Assembly: GCA_963693095.2 (NCBI GenBank)
Contig: OY843768.1
Location: 1,312,001 to 1,376,000 of the forward strand
DNA: 64,000 bases
Direction of reading: 5' to 3'
DNA from: Cenarchaeum sp.
GTDB lineage: Archaea; Thermoproteota; Nitrososphaeria; Nitrososphaerales; Nitrosopumilaceae
Positions 48,801-56,205 of the stretch are shown here, in pieces. Position 1 is the stretch's first letter; every line of letters begins with the position of its first letter. The translations under genes and the position numbers were made by a program. Under the pieces are notes generated by a model. It worked only from the letters and a program-made list of their open reading frames with translations, did no database searches and was not told the DNA's origin.

Positions 48801-50074
48801 ATAGCGTTTCAATCAGGCTCCACGGAGCTGCCAACTCGGTCCATGCGTTCTATGTCGACGGCTCGGGGCTAGCTGATGTCCACTCTATACCGACGTGTGC
48901 CGATGAGGGATACATTGAGGCCGGCGCAGCCGCACCGCCGTCCCTCGGTGACGCCGCAGTTGCAAGCGATGCTGCCGAGTGCCGTGTGGATGACAGGGAC
49001 GACATTGTCATATGGACAAACCACTTTACGCTCTTTGGCGCAAGCGCGCAGGGAACGTCGACGGGCGGATCCGGATGCAGTGACTGCACGCCACCGACAC
49101 TTGGCGTGGACAGCACTGGAACAAGAAGGGTTGATGGCGGGTTTTCGTACAACAACGACAGGATCAACGTCGAGTACTATTACACCCCCATGCCGCTGAT
49201 CACAGTCGAGACCGGCGAGGAGAACGTCGCGCAGATGGTCATATTTGAGGACAGCGGGGCGCACAACACCAGGCATGTTGGCCTCGGCTTTGGCCTCTCG
49301 CGCGGACAGCACTTTGCCGAGTCGCAGGCCGAGATACGCGTGGACATGCCGCGAGACCACGACGCCATGGTGTCCCTAGACGATCCCGCCAGTGCGATAG
49401 ACGCCGACTCGCTGCGCGTAAGTGACGATCTAGTAGAGTGCATGGCAGGATCAAGATCCGTGTGCAAGCTCATCACGATACGTCACACGTTCCGCGAGCC
49501 GCTCAAGTTCAGCATGGTCTCGACAATAGTCTGGGACGACAGGCGCAACTCGTGGCAGAACTTTTTCAACCACGGAATTCACGTCATAGGCGAGTCGCTC
49601 AACCCACAGCACGGCATACCGGTCAACGACGGTAGCCTCATCCTATACCCGCTCATATCCTCAGACCGCGACACGGACGGTGACGGCCTGTACGACTATG
49701 ATATCCGCCATGTGACGTACATGCTAGATGACGAGCAGCACGTGTACCGCCTCGGGCCTGACGGCGAGTACCACCCCCTGCGCAACCTCTCGCTCATCCA
49801 CCACGCCGGCATCGAGGAGCCACTCCACGGCAACATAGAGCACCTGCCACACGGGCCGGCCCGCGGAACGGCGGGGTTCTGGGAGGCAGTCGAGCGCGAG
49901 CGCCATGCTGCGGCCAGCAGCCTCGCAGCAGCGCACCCTGGGCTGGCAATGCATGGGGATGGCAGTCTCGCCGGGCTGCCGGATCACGGCTCGCTGCTCG
50001 AGGGCGTCCACGAGGCCATAGCCGACGAGATAAACGCCGCAGAGCTAGGGGTGCGCGCCGCGCACGTGCCCTAG
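36857..50074 (+). CDS. Giant (4,405 aa) secreted/surface protein with Ig-like repeats and a DCTPPTLG-type C-terminal domain
   Basis: Signal peptide (PIAIAVLAIMASVSGAAA), recurring xTFSEPV / DxAGN / DxxAP modules, DxDxDG motifs, His-rich tail. Confidence 0.93.
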   Translation: MRMASPVPIAIAVLAIMASVSGAAAHPDETGAHSGFHTVVPGGTVDNVTWADAVSPLSAGDVSSSISAAEFGAMSQETRSRLAEGTAQISRIIFEPQFGQSHTATVPELDASEWSLIEGAAGDVDAACNRVGIGGAVVDGRMVGSGGVLRTMHEILGIRASGEVIFAHDALSTTAARMHVIYHPDSAPSVPGTQPGTRACTYIADGNDHVEIGRRSAATSPAGFPVDRIVLSFGEEIAIRPGASGGIENLGQTHMYTALHPTCSTDVAVSCQLYPVNSGQGVVFGPDPGGELTVTPDATQRPRAVGMGTGNFWGDGVFGIGWTTAGGAGILRANDANTGETAPDGRHIASPLVDWSADPEPHFAVSDGLAPAPAAQFTAGTGDAVGTYTQVFTEAPAGTAATVLDGVQVWRTAADGTRAQVTPTVSALSGSTLTFTATPSLALTDHVEYVGIDDAEGNVAVRPAIESVEQMSSTITVVTLSVPVSGTTEARQWSADGGGGEARAIGVASGRAASVTPDTSSAGDRDVSVSLQSRITLAHAAIPEASSVTVRYAPPAAHASHADRFADRLAASGVRLEAQTLAEAGFTASTAGTTSIAVTFPAAASGSTAPREWIVGGSLTPESITVGSAIAVTGSVTLTSVREITLNLPASGALADSASTTTLVYTRPTAGPTPNSITVGTDILESTPTAEPVPVADGIRPTVLSASFVDSRTIDVTFDEAVTTRGTWSVSPALGTVTARDGATPETIRLSTEREATTGLYTITVPAGVSDTAVVPNGADLAAYPTVGTSYRTAGTTLGFGLTFAGPRTLVLAPSDPLDPGTVTMANFAVTAPDGTVLPDDDDSGDDPVALADSNPVMYGHGPPPTVIIRLGIDMVNAVAYTVTPSALVADVTGAAYSGGGVSVTYATGGRMVADGGRTDLNTWEGVPFDSQVRSTFSLLASDAEFAAIDDPTRRRLAEGTAQISRVLFSPHFGEHATVGPALDAAEWTFVEGEADAVDASSCTRVDGMGTTRDVIEIIAVRSGAPVLLVHDALSSTSARVHAIYHPDAEPSIPGTVPGSRGCDYLNDGNNHVSVDTRSATTSAAGYPADRITLVFSEPVTFRGTAGARASTTEVTFDLDCRMTATTCDIQTAPGIASGPVQGRSFTLTPHSSVRATLANGGTDAFWAPDGRFGVSWAHGNIGVGIKRNDNLADVLSGRIVQDVLDGLSPAPNAALTGTGTPDDPYVQAFSETPDGTVSTVLDGVRIYRTDTGGTRTEVSATATAVGSSSLSFVSGDDIEATDHVEYVGIRDAAGNLSTRPVIESITRIQDTVTIVTFNDSISGATTSRQWLVGAGTELPTAHASGVSAGRHFAVPADGGRSKAILFEKSVTISHAAVAPASTLTVQYSPPDHTSYANRLDDRLAFSGVRVEGQVVRDVAPDTTVPTIESATLNSPTQVTAIMSESVRGTVRGAEWNVGGVTFGSGTASGRIITLRLDPESAPFPTAVAAGTRLAYTGGGSITDTSAELNALAGGASAPLTDGAAPTLASGAAVDALYMRARHSGTTTDTTDPVSAGGELRVYVRASEPLVTAASDISFHAGGAPAASVVAVSGLGANAHVYSRTVTESETNGPVAFSLTIRDAGGNMRTLTEDDLTTDRGAGSGHRTTVDTVRPDASAEFTGNAITITFSEPVYGVPDMLEVRSPDGMREDMSHNHNGGDVAVRIEIDGTPATGTWTVNIPDSVRDAARNVRAVTSSSVTAERGAAPTATLAYTVFESDSTTQRAAPYTNHARAGDVIRLSLTLSEAVNTAPTVVFVGKVDDPTTPLVDESGRANMVNVSGTNEWRAAYTVETAMQNSNLVDGAFTFTATVMGNTGATATVTPASHTSATPPVIDRMPPTASATFTGADTIAITLSDAPVGTRSQIEDHAYAVTVPDGTVTPDDADSLPDAVALATADATATPPVMPVSYDAASRTITLTLADDAPAGVVHTITLPPELTDVAGHAVADRTLEATSEAAPDPPEATSLVFTVLTGSPLAAKTGANSNLAGIDDTVRITLDLDVNVATAPRITLDGRDTTSVAMGNAGDADASTWSHDYAVDESHDSATVADPLDILIVATGTGGNVARITDMEGLASGTLVMLPLIDAERPMATALTAAVVLAGQSADAAAGTVAAIGDDVLVRLTADEELVTAATDIVFFGRTGVNADSVTPGASNLYTYARTILDADANGPLAFSLTMSDIAGNTATLTQADLTDTNVTVDADAPTVTAMSHDDTMRTITLTFSEGLVASTAVAANFEVRGFTESTQMRSSAALALNAAHGTAGVAYAAGTLASDTSTVSIGLDADDSYDAYKVIIATAVTDTATNAYVPIDNPDNNPATDDSDITVQKRDTVPPMATVISVTVHDGAATVPAKTGAAAGFAGIGDTIRLDITLNEDASGTPTIDIAGETGEMMDGRGDSDATTWRYDLTVSSTTDETAELDFTIRVTDGDNPGMITATTGHVGTLTFNRPAIDRTAPAASSLTTTVRLEGATADSPTVTLAGIDDVVRVNVAASEPLVTAVGDIALFGTSTAADSVDPGASNAHSYVRTIVNSDANGPLAFSLTMRDRAGNTATLTQADVDGTNVTVDADAPTIMSAVTASTATLTVTLSEAVTGTSMGGHWSAIDTDPAVTAAISTADVSGDTVTLTYTGIEDTSFSPEVTYTPPSSGAPADAARNVLGGNPVTAADGVAPTASAAFSGRTLTITFSEPVNGVPDAPDTLTLTRPNGSTIAQAFTHGNGDRTATATLAEVPATGTWRIAIPATVTDVTGNVRDVASANIPAESADAPMATAISYTVFEPGGTTPRASPYADYARAGDAIAVFVTLNESVSEAPTIRFVDQTSPTVMTRVGMTDEWTAAYTVEAGTTDIRFTFEMMASGAVSGAMGEIRDTALPVTPPTIDRIAPALSAAQTVDLDEVTVSFSEDVSGTTSAMDWAVGGTQAASVAAAGAAQAGDQAIASRGALTLGLSQAGELAGGEARPAVVFTARTTPALLDVAGNPLASGSVMAIDRIRPSLVSMEFTAPNMITVTLSEPLDADTLGTSIPQGSLSPHLGGITVNYAAGAESLTLMTLENAVERASHSLTLPVRVTDAANAAGVSRNAISQAAVAATLPDTTPPTYTARTHSASQVIVTFSEPVEGTTAASEWAVGVPASPGAAVPTASVVADTPNAGSASATIASSPAFTGPLYVGLAGADTANHWGPADTPDVRFTMPSNGLTDVAAPGGTANALETTATVTASDGIAPTAALAVFVTPTEVHVTFSEDVTIEEGGVWTVSGLGVTDVMAGSLGNIVELTVDPPAVEGEAHTVGVARASVRDGGENTLAADVNIAGVTYMSTVMFTASTFRAASGEYVRVVLDDSTAGTTVAGEWFIGVAADGTGGAAAASLSAVCTAGTDPAVQASINMADICPGAAESEPNTIYLAYVAPDSGATPRVAYRAPSGDGATPIVSALNMLGISDRAVIAADGLAPLLTAAKTASSRTLTVAFDEDIAAAEGGIDASRWHHYDSAATPPTSAELDAAVNAGTAFASAALDGRTLTLTLPGSYAPSAGWGSADTSAVPQTIGYRVPAGESPDITDVSPAANGLADGTARRGVSDGAPPEATTIMAVVVEDSDGDGVFMPKVGANARIAGIGDAVSATVMLSEASSTTSLPTFMALGTTQAMVLSGGGTTATASIAVPDSWTRDGPLEFTITAHDMASPANTAMFTQDDLVGDGIIVDVSAPTIESVLLISPSSAQFTFSEEIIGAGSVSVSPDAGTGSPAAVTLHADGTLATAGLVLAGRTYTFTIETTLTDRAGNAFAAQDIQVDADGSFVSDVLVVPDSPNCAGDGLFVTTGGDSIRLVLDNVGADGIICPDITMSIQGRMTMYIRAGTVVSSFGPDLGRTLEMSITSRLDSAGLAGTLTGEIPEYVAAAGRDADAVAANEMAASAIRASEPAILAVLGKADASAPMLFSQNSVSIRLHGAANSVHAFYVDGSGLADVHSIPTCADEGYIEAGAAAPPSLGDAAVASDAAECRVDDRDDIVIWTNHFTLFGASAQGTSTGGSGCSDCTPPTLGVDSTGTRRVDGGFSYNNDRINVEYYYTPMPLITVETGEENVAQMVIFEDSGAHNTRHVGLGFGLSRGQHFAESQAEIRVDMPRDHDAMVSLDDPASAIDADSLRVSDDLVECMAGSRSVCKLITIRHTFREPLKFSMVSTIVWDDRRNSWQNFFNHGIHVIGESLNPQHGIPVNDGSLILYPLISSDRDTDGDGLYDYDIRHVTYMLDDEQHVYRLGPDGEYHPLRNLSLIHHAGIEEPLHGNIEHLPHGPARGTAGFWEAVERERHAAASSLAAAHPGLAMHGDGSLAGLPDHGSLLEGVHEAIADEINAAELGVRAAHVP
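43330..44710 (+). repeat. Intragenic repeat pair in the right giant gene
   Basis: DANGPLAFSLTMxDxAGNTATLTQAD..TNVTVDADAPT at ~43480-43600 and ~44590-44705, closely similar at nucleotide level. Confidence 0.85.
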
Positions 50075-50134
50075 CGGGCCGATAGGCGTCCTGCGCTCTC
50101 TAGTTTAAATTACCGCGCGCGCGTGCCCCCCGCC

Positions 50135-50473
50135 ATGGGTCCTGGTGAGGAGCAACGCGCCCATTCCATGAAGAAGGAGTTTGTCATAAAGAGCATAGAC
50201 TCAGCCGGCGACGGCTCGCCGCATGTCATAGTGTCGCTCTCCTCGGCAAAGGATCTCCAAGAGTCGCGCTCGCCACAGTCGCCGATGGGCACAAAGGTCA
50301 TGGGGTTTACCAACATGGGGGACATGATGAAGGACATCAACAAGATGTTCGCCGGAAACGTGGCCGGCCTCACGTCGATACGCCTTGACATTCACGAGTA
50401 CAAAAAGATGAACCTCTCGGTCGGCGACAAGGTCTTCCTCGAGATGACAAAGGCCGAGACGCTCGGCGTCTAG
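50135..50473 (+). CDS. Small hypothetical protein
   Basis: Protein-like ORF with TTTAAA at ~50104; convergent with the transaldolase gene. Confidence 0.75.
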   Translation: MGPGEEQRAHSMKKEFVIKSIDSAGDGSPHVIVSLSSAKDLQESRSPQSPMGTKVMGFTNMGDMMKDINKMFAGNVAGLTSIRLDIHEYKKMNLSVGDKVFLEMTKAETLGV

Positions 50474-51135
50474 ATTTTGGCGCCGGGTGAGGACTTTTTG
50501 AGCGACTCCCAGTCCTTTAGGAACGCCTTGAGGCCAATGTCGGTGAGCGGGTGGAGGAGCATCTTGCCAAGAACGGCAGGTGGGAGCGTCACGACGTCGG
50601 CTCCGAGCTTTGCGGCATCGACGACATGCACGGGGTGGCGCACGCTGGCGACTAGAACCTCGGCCTCATAGTCATAGTTTTCGAGCGACTCGATGATATC
50701 CTCCACTAGGACCATGCCATCGTGGCTCGTGTCATCAATCCTGCCGATGAACGGGCTGATGTACCTTGCGCCGGCCTTTGCGGCAAGTATCGCCTGGCTT
50801 GTCGAAAAGATCAGCGTAATGTTGACCGGTATATCGCGCGAGACGAGTGTCTTGCACGCCTTTAGTCCGTCCGGGGTCATTGGGCACTTTACGACGACAT
50901 TGTCGCCGTATTCGCGCAGGCGCATTCCTTCGGCGACCATTCCGTCATGGTCAGTCGCGACGACCTCGAGGCTGACATCGCCCTCGATGATCTTTGCAAT
51001 CTCGGCCATTGCCGCTGCGGGATCGCCGCCCTCGCGGGCCAGGAGCGTGGGGTTTGTCGTGATGCCATCTACAAGGCCCATGTCGTTGTACTCGCGTATG
51101 GCATCGATGTTTGCCGTGTCAAGAAAGATCTTCAT
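50470..51135 (-). CDS. tal: Transaldolase (short TalC/fructose-6-phosphate aldolase type)
   Basis: FLDTAN, GITTNPTL, VVKCP, NITLIFS, YISPFIGR, ASVR. Confidence 0.93.
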   Translation of the reverse strand: MKIFLDTANIDAIREYNDMGLVDGITTNPTLLAREGGDPAAAMAEIAKIIEGDVSLEVVATDHDGMVAEGMRLREYGDNVVVKCPMTPDGLKACKTLVSRDIPVNITLIFSTSQAILAAKAGARYISPFIGRIDDTSHDGMVLVEDIIESLENYDYEAEVLVASVRHPVHVVDAAKLGADVVTLPPAVLGKMLLHPLTDIGLKAFLKDWESLKKSSPGAKI

Positions 51136-52106
51136 CGCAACTGGCTCCGCGCCGCACGCGCAGCCTCGGCTATATTAACTGGAGCGATACCGTGCTTTTC
51201 GAGGAGTGTGGGTATCTCGGGGTCACGGCACGACTCGCCAAACGAGTCCTGCGCGCCGATACGCCGGACGGGAACGGGGTATCGCTCCGAGACGGCCTCG
51301 GCGACAGCTGAGCCCATCCCGCCCATGACGTTGTGCTCCTCGCATGTCACGATGCAGCCAGTCTCGCGCGCCGAGGACTCGAGCGTTACCGCATCAAGCG
51401 GCTTTACCGAAAAGACGTCGATGACACGCGCCGAGATGCCCTCGGCGGCAAGCGAGCGCGCCGCCTCGAGTGCCATGCTGACCGTGATGCCGCATGCTGC
51501 GATCGTGCAGTCCGAGCCCTCGCGAACCGTGATTGCGCCGCCAACGGAGAACTCCTGGGACGGCCCGTGGACTCGCGGAACCTTTGAGCGCGCCATGCGC
51601 ATGTAGAAGGGGCCATACGCAGATGCCATCGTCATGGTCAGCGCGCGCACTGCAGACGCGTCAGCGGGGATGAGAACGCGCATGTTTGGTATTGCGCGCA
51701 TGATGGCAATGTCTTCGAGCTGCTGGTGGGATCCCCCGTCGGCCCCAACGGAGAGTCCGCCGTGCGAGACCACAATCTTTACGTTTAGGCCGCGCCGCTC
51801 GGCGCGAGTCGGGTATGCGACTGCATTGCGTATCTGGTCGACTGCCCTGCCGGGCAGAAAGATCGCATACGTGCTCACAAACGCCGTCTTGCCCGAGGCC
51901 GCAAGGCCCGCACCGACTGAGACGAGGTTTGCCTCGGCAATCCCGACATTGACAAACCTCTCTGGATATTTTGCGCCAAATGCGGCAGTCTTTAGCGAGT
52001 CAGTCGTGTCTGCGCCAAGGACGACGATCTCGGCGTTCTTTTCGCCAAGCTCGACTAGCGTGCGCCCATATTCTGTCCTCATGTCCCCCATCTCTGGCGC
52101 GCTCAA
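51132..52106 (-). CDS. Transketolase C-terminal subunit
   Basis: NVGIAEAN, GADGGSHQ, EEH..GGMG; TTG start overlapping the upstream TGA. Confidence 0.92.
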   Translation of the reverse strand: MSAPEMGDMRTEYGRTLVELGEKNAEIVVLGADTTDSLKTAAFGAKYPERFVNVGIAEANLVSVGAGLAASGKTAFVSTYAIFLPGRAVDQIRNAVAYPTRAERRGLNVKIVVSHGGLSVGADGGSHQQLEDIAIMRAIPNMRVLIPADASAVRALTMTMASAYGPFYMRMARSKVPRVHGPSQEFSVGGAITVREGSDCTIAACGITVSMALEAARSLAAEGISARVIDVFSVKPLDAVTLESSARETGCIVTCEEHNVMGGMGSAVAEAVSERYPVPVRRIGAQDSFGESCRDPEIPTLLEKHGIAPVNIAEAARAARSQLR

Positions 52107-53791
52107 GTCAGTCCTGCCTCCCTGGCCATCTCCTCGAGCTCTGCGCGCGCATTGCCAATCTCGTGGAGCGCTATCCACTCCGAGACGAGCTCTGTCCCTC
52201 CGACGCCGTGCGCGCGCCTCAGGAGCATCAGGCGCCGCGCGCGCCGGATCGCCACGCCAAACTCGGCGATCGCCGCGCTCGCATCAGGCTTGCCCATTAT
52301 CGCGCCCCCGCCGACTAGGACGCGCGCACCATCATCAAAGCACGCGCCCGCATTCTCCGCGTTGACCCCGCCGTCGGCCTCGATGTCACCGGCAAATCCC
52401 GCGCGCGCAAGCGAGTCGCGAACCGCGCGAGCCTTGTCATGCGTGGACTCGATGTATTTTTGGCCAGACTTGCCCGGCTCGACGGACATTACGATGACCT
52501 GGTCGAGCGTCGGCGCATAGCGCGCAGCCCATTCAGGCAGGTCCGTTGCCGGATTTATCGCAAGGCCAACGCCCACTCCGGCGGCGCGGAGCGCATCGTG
52601 CATCTCGCCGAAGGCCGCCTCGTCGCAGACCTCGGCGTGAACCGTCACAATGTCGGCCCCCGCATCGACATACGAGGCGATCTGCCTTGCGGGCTCGGCT
52701 ATCATAAGGTGGACGTCAAATGGCAGGAGCGTGAGCGGGCGCAGCTCGGCGACCTTGTCGGCCCCAAACGTCGTGGCCGGAACAAACTTGCCGTCCATGA
52801 CATCAAGGTGCACATAGTCTGCCCCGCCACGATCGCAGCGCGTCACCTCGCCGGCAAGGTCTGCCATGTCTCCGGCAATGATCGAGGGCGCCACCATCGT
52901 CTGCGAGTCGAGCTCGTCATCCACTAGCGGCGCAATCTGCGGTTTTGGCGCGCGCCCGTGCCATGCGGGATTGTCGGCCATGTGCTCAACGCCATTTCCC
53001 TTTACCGTGCGCGCGACTATGGCCGTCGGCACGCCGCGCGCCTGGCCTGCGCGGCGCAGCGCGTCGCTGACCTGCTCTATCCTGTGGCCGTCTATCTCTA
53101 TGACGTTCCACCCAAATGCGCGCCACTTGTCTCCGGTTCGCCAGAGCGACTCGTCTGTGCGCGAGTCGCCAACGTCGGTTCCGGCCGGTCCGCCATCAAG
53201 CGGCATCACGTGCTCTGTGTACGAGTCCTGCTGGACAAAGTTGCGATCCATGACAACGGCAAGGTTGTCGAGGCGGTACTTTGATGCAGTCATCGCCGCC
53301 TCCCAGACCTGGCCCTCGTCGGCCTCGCCGTCACCGATTATCGTATAGACGCGCGAGTCGCGCCCGTCCATCCTTGCGGCCAGCGCGGTCCCAACGGAGA
53401 ACGAGAGGCCGATGCCAAGTGAGCCGCCACAGAACTCGACGCCGGGGCACTTTAGGTCAGGGTGCCCCTGCAGGCGGCTCCCGAGCCGGCGGAGCGTGGC
53501 GATCTCTGACTCGTCAAAGTAGCCGGCAACGGCGAGTGATGAGTAGAGGCCGGGGGCAGCATGGCCCTTTGAGAGGACGAGTCTGTCGCGATCCTCCCAG
53601 AGCGGCCTTGAGGGCTCGTGGCGCATGTGCGCAAAGAGGAGCGTGCCGACGATCTCGGCCATCGAGAGCGAGCCTCCGGGGTGGCCCGAACCGGCTAGCG
53701 TCGTGGCCTTTATGACGAGCTTGCGCGCGCGTCTCACGGATCGGCGGGCTCGGCTATAGTTTGAGGCCAACTGGGACGCGGCTCCGCGCAC
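52103..53791 (-). CDS. Transketolase N-terminal subunit fused to ribulose-phosphate 3-epimerase
   Basis: SGHPGGSLS, LSKGH, GDGE..EG, then HLDVMDG, DVHLM, MSVEPG, DGGVN. Confidence 0.92.
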   Translation of the reverse strand: MRGAASQLASNYSRARRSVRRARKLVIKATTLAGSGHPGGSLSMAEIVGTLLFAHMRHEPSRPLWEDRDRLVLSKGHAAPGLYSSLAVAGYFDESEIATLRRLGSRLQGHPDLKCPGVEFCGGSLGIGLSFSVGTALAARMDGRDSRVYTIIGDGEADEGQVWEAAMTASKYRLDNLAVVMDRNFVQQDSYTEHVMPLDGGPAGTDVGDSRTDESLWRTGDKWRAFGWNVIEIDGHRIEQVSDALRRAGQARGVPTAIVARTVKGNGVEHMADNPAWHGRAPKPQIAPLVDDELDSQTMVAPSIIAGDMADLAGEVTRCDRGGADYVHLDVMDGKFVPATTFGADKVAELRPLTLLPFDVHLMIAEPARQIASYVDAGADIVTVHAEVCDEAAFGEMHDALRAAGVGVGLAINPATDLPEWAARYAPTLDQVIVMSVEPGKSGQKYIESTHDKARAVRDSLARAGFAGDIEADGGVNAENAGACFDDGARVLVGGGAIMGKPDASAAIAEFGVAIRRARRLMLLRRAHGVGGTELVSEWIALHEIGNARAELEEMAREAGLT

Positions 53792-53849
53792 GTGCGCTTA
53801 AAAGCGTATTGTGGAAATTTTAATTTGCGGGGCAGTTCACGCGCCGATC

Positions 53850-54266
53850 ATGGACATTGGGGAGATCGAGCCCATAGTGCTGTATGACAACGAGTGCTCA
53901 TCATGCTCGACGTTTGCGCGCGCAGTCGATGTGGCCTCGCGCAGGCGCCTCTCGATCGTGGGCCACTATACGAGCCTGGGCGCCGAGCTTCGCGAGGCCA
54001 TAGGCGACGGGGCAGGCGACATGTTCTGGGTCCTTGATCGCGGGTATGCGCATGGCGGGAGGGCCGGCCTTGCGCGCCTTGCGATGCGGATATTGCGGGG
54101 CAGGCGCGCACGGCGGCGCGTTCCCATGGGTGGCTCGACGTGCTCGGACTCGTGCGGCGGGCCGCGCGCAGTGGTGTTTCGCTCCTGCAGCGCACTCACG
54201 AGGAGCCGCGTCGTGCGCGTTGGGCAGCACGGTCTAAATACCGACATTGGCGAGGGTCGCGCATGA
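53850..54266 (+). CDS. DCC1/DUF393-like thiol-disulfide oxidoreductase
   Basis: VLYDNECSSC (DxxCxxC); TTTTAA upstream. Confidence 0.7.
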   Translation: MDIGEIEPIVLYDNECSSCSTFARAVDVASRRRLSIVGHYTSLGAELREAIGDGAGDMFWVLDRGYAHGGRAGLARLAMRILRGRRARRRVPMGGSTCSDSCGGPRAVVFRSCSALTRSRVVRVGQHGLNTDIGEGRA

Positions 54267-55734
54267 AGATAGTCGCAGAGCGTGGTGCGCCATCTGGGAG
54301 ACGTGCGGGCGCGCTGTGCGTGTTTGCGACAGAGTCTCCGGTTCGCGTATATTCACTAGAGGGAATTGACTCGCGCCTTGCGCGCGCGGCCAAAAAGGCC
54401 GCCGAGGACGGCGCGGCGGCTGCGGGCGCAACGTCCACAATCGACACCATGGGCCTTGCGGGAGCGGCGCGCATCATCGTGGCCGGAGTCGGCGCGAGGG
54501 CCGATGCTGATGGCGAGTCGCTTCGCAATGCGGCCGGAGCTGCCGCACAGGCCGCCGAGGACGTCCGCGCGGGGGACATCGCCATTGCCGTGCCCTCCGG
54601 GATTCTGCGCGGCGAGGTCGAGGCGGCTGCTTGCATCACCGAGGGCGCACGCCTTGCGCTATACTCGTTTGGGAGGTTTGGCAAGCCAAAAAAGCGCCAT
54701 GTCTCGACAATTCACATCATGTATCGCGGGGCTCCTGCAGTGGCCGCAGCAGTCAGGCGTGCGGCAGCCGTGGCCGATGCCGTCGTGTTTGCGCGCGATG
54801 CGGCCAACATGCCGCCCAACGAGTGCACGCCATCAACGCTTGCCTCACTCGCGCGGCGCGCCGGCCCGCGCATAAAGTGCCGCATAATGTCAGGGGCTGA
54901 GCTGCACAAGCGCGGATTCGGCGGGATCACCGCAGTGGGCGGCGCTAGCCGAAACACGCCACGCCTTATAGTCATGGAGCACACCGGCGCGCCACGCTCG
55001 CGCCGGCCAGTCCTCATAGTGGGCAAGGCAGTCACGTTTGACACGGGCGGCATATCGCTAAAGCCCGGCGAGAGGATGGACGAGATGAAGTTTGACAAGT
55101 GCGGCGGATGCGCCGTTCTTGGCATAATGAAGGCGATCGCATCGCTCAAGGTTCGCGACAACGTGATCGGAATTGTTCCGGCAGTGGAGAACATGCCCGG
55201 CGGCGGAGCGTACAGGCCGGGCGACATTGTAACGCTATACAGCAAAAAGACCGCCGAGATACTAAACACGGATGCGGAGGGACGCCTCATACTGGCCGAC
55301 GCGATGGCGTACGGGAGCAGACATACAAGCCACGCGCGATACTGGACATGGCAACTCTGACAGGGGCGTGCATTGTGGCCCTTGGCGCAAGCACCGCCGG
55401 ACTCATCAGCACGAGTGACGCGCTGGCGCGCTCACTAGAGCGCGCATCGTCGAGAACCGGCGAGCGCGTGTGGCGGCTTCCGATCGACGATGACTATATC
55501 GGCATGATAGACTCAAAGGTCGCCGACATGAGAAACATGGGCATCGGGCGCACGGCCGGCACAATAGCTGCGGCGGCATTTCTGCGCCGCGCAATAGGCA
55601 AGACCCCATGGGCGCACCTCGACATAGCCGGACCGGCCTGGACACAGATCGGCACGGTTCGCCGCTCGTACAATGGCGGCGGCGCAACCGGATTTGGCGT
55701 GCGCCTTGTGACCGAGTACCTCACGGCTCAATAG
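54263..55734 (+). pseudogene. pepA: Leucyl aminopeptidase (M17) split by a 1-nt deletion at ~55313 (true frameshift or sequencing error)
   Basis: GKAVTFDTGG, MKFDKCG, NTDAEGRL in one frame; DMATLTGA, WRLP, WAHLDIAG, GATGFGVR in another. Adding one G to GGG 55313-55315 restores YGEQTYKPRAILDMATLTG. Confidence 0.88.
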
Positions 55735-55856
55735 CCACGGCTGTTGCGGTCTGGCTTTGAGGACGACGCGTTGCGCCACCCGTGCTTTTCCATCATGTGG
55801 TTGAGCAGCCTAATATCGCCGTCGAGGGTCTCGCCGCATATGGCACATGTGCTCAT
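55728..55856 (-). CDS. Small C2H2 zinc-finger protein (42 aa)
   Basis: MSTCAICGETLDGDIRLLNHMMEKH = C-x2-C-x12-H-x4-H. Confidence 0.7.
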   Translation of the reverse strand: MSTCAICGETLDGDIRLLNHMMEKHGWRNASSSKPDRNSRGY

Positions 55857-55892
55857 CTGTGCGCCGTGCGCAGAGTCCCCCCTAAAATGGAT

Positions 55893-56010
55893 AATGCCAG
55901 CACTGTTGCTTCCCAAGGGCTCTCGCACCTTAGTAGCACAACAGCGATGCCGGGTTTGACTTCCAAGTTCGGAATGGGGTTGGGTCGCACCCCGGCTCTA
56001 TGGCCGGCTT
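55893..56010 (-). rRNA. rrf: 5S rRNA
   Basis: Minus strand CGGCCATAG..CCCATTCCGAAC..GAAGTCAA..GCGAGAGCCCTTGGGAA..GCTGGC; TTAATAA ~25-30 nt upstream; ends approximate. Confidence 0.92.
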
Positions 56011-56205
56011 GTCAGAATTGCGATGCGTGGCGCGTTATTAAGGTAGCGTGCCCACGTGCGAGGTTTGCCGCCCCGCGCCCCCCACATGGCCCTCCGCGCA
56101 GGGGGAATCCCTGCAGGGGCCCCTAGCACGGGCGTTCGCGCGCGCCCTGCGGCCCACAGTGCTGCGGACTACGGTTTAAAGCCACGCGCCCTGCGCGCGG
56201 CACGC

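Noticed and set aside
52103-53791. Transketolase-N/Rpe fusion as a novelty
   Set aside because: Real, but to my knowledge the usual arrangement in Nitrosopumilaceae.
55893-56010. 5S rRNA unlinked from 16S-23S
   Set aside because: Normal organisation for this archaeal lineage.
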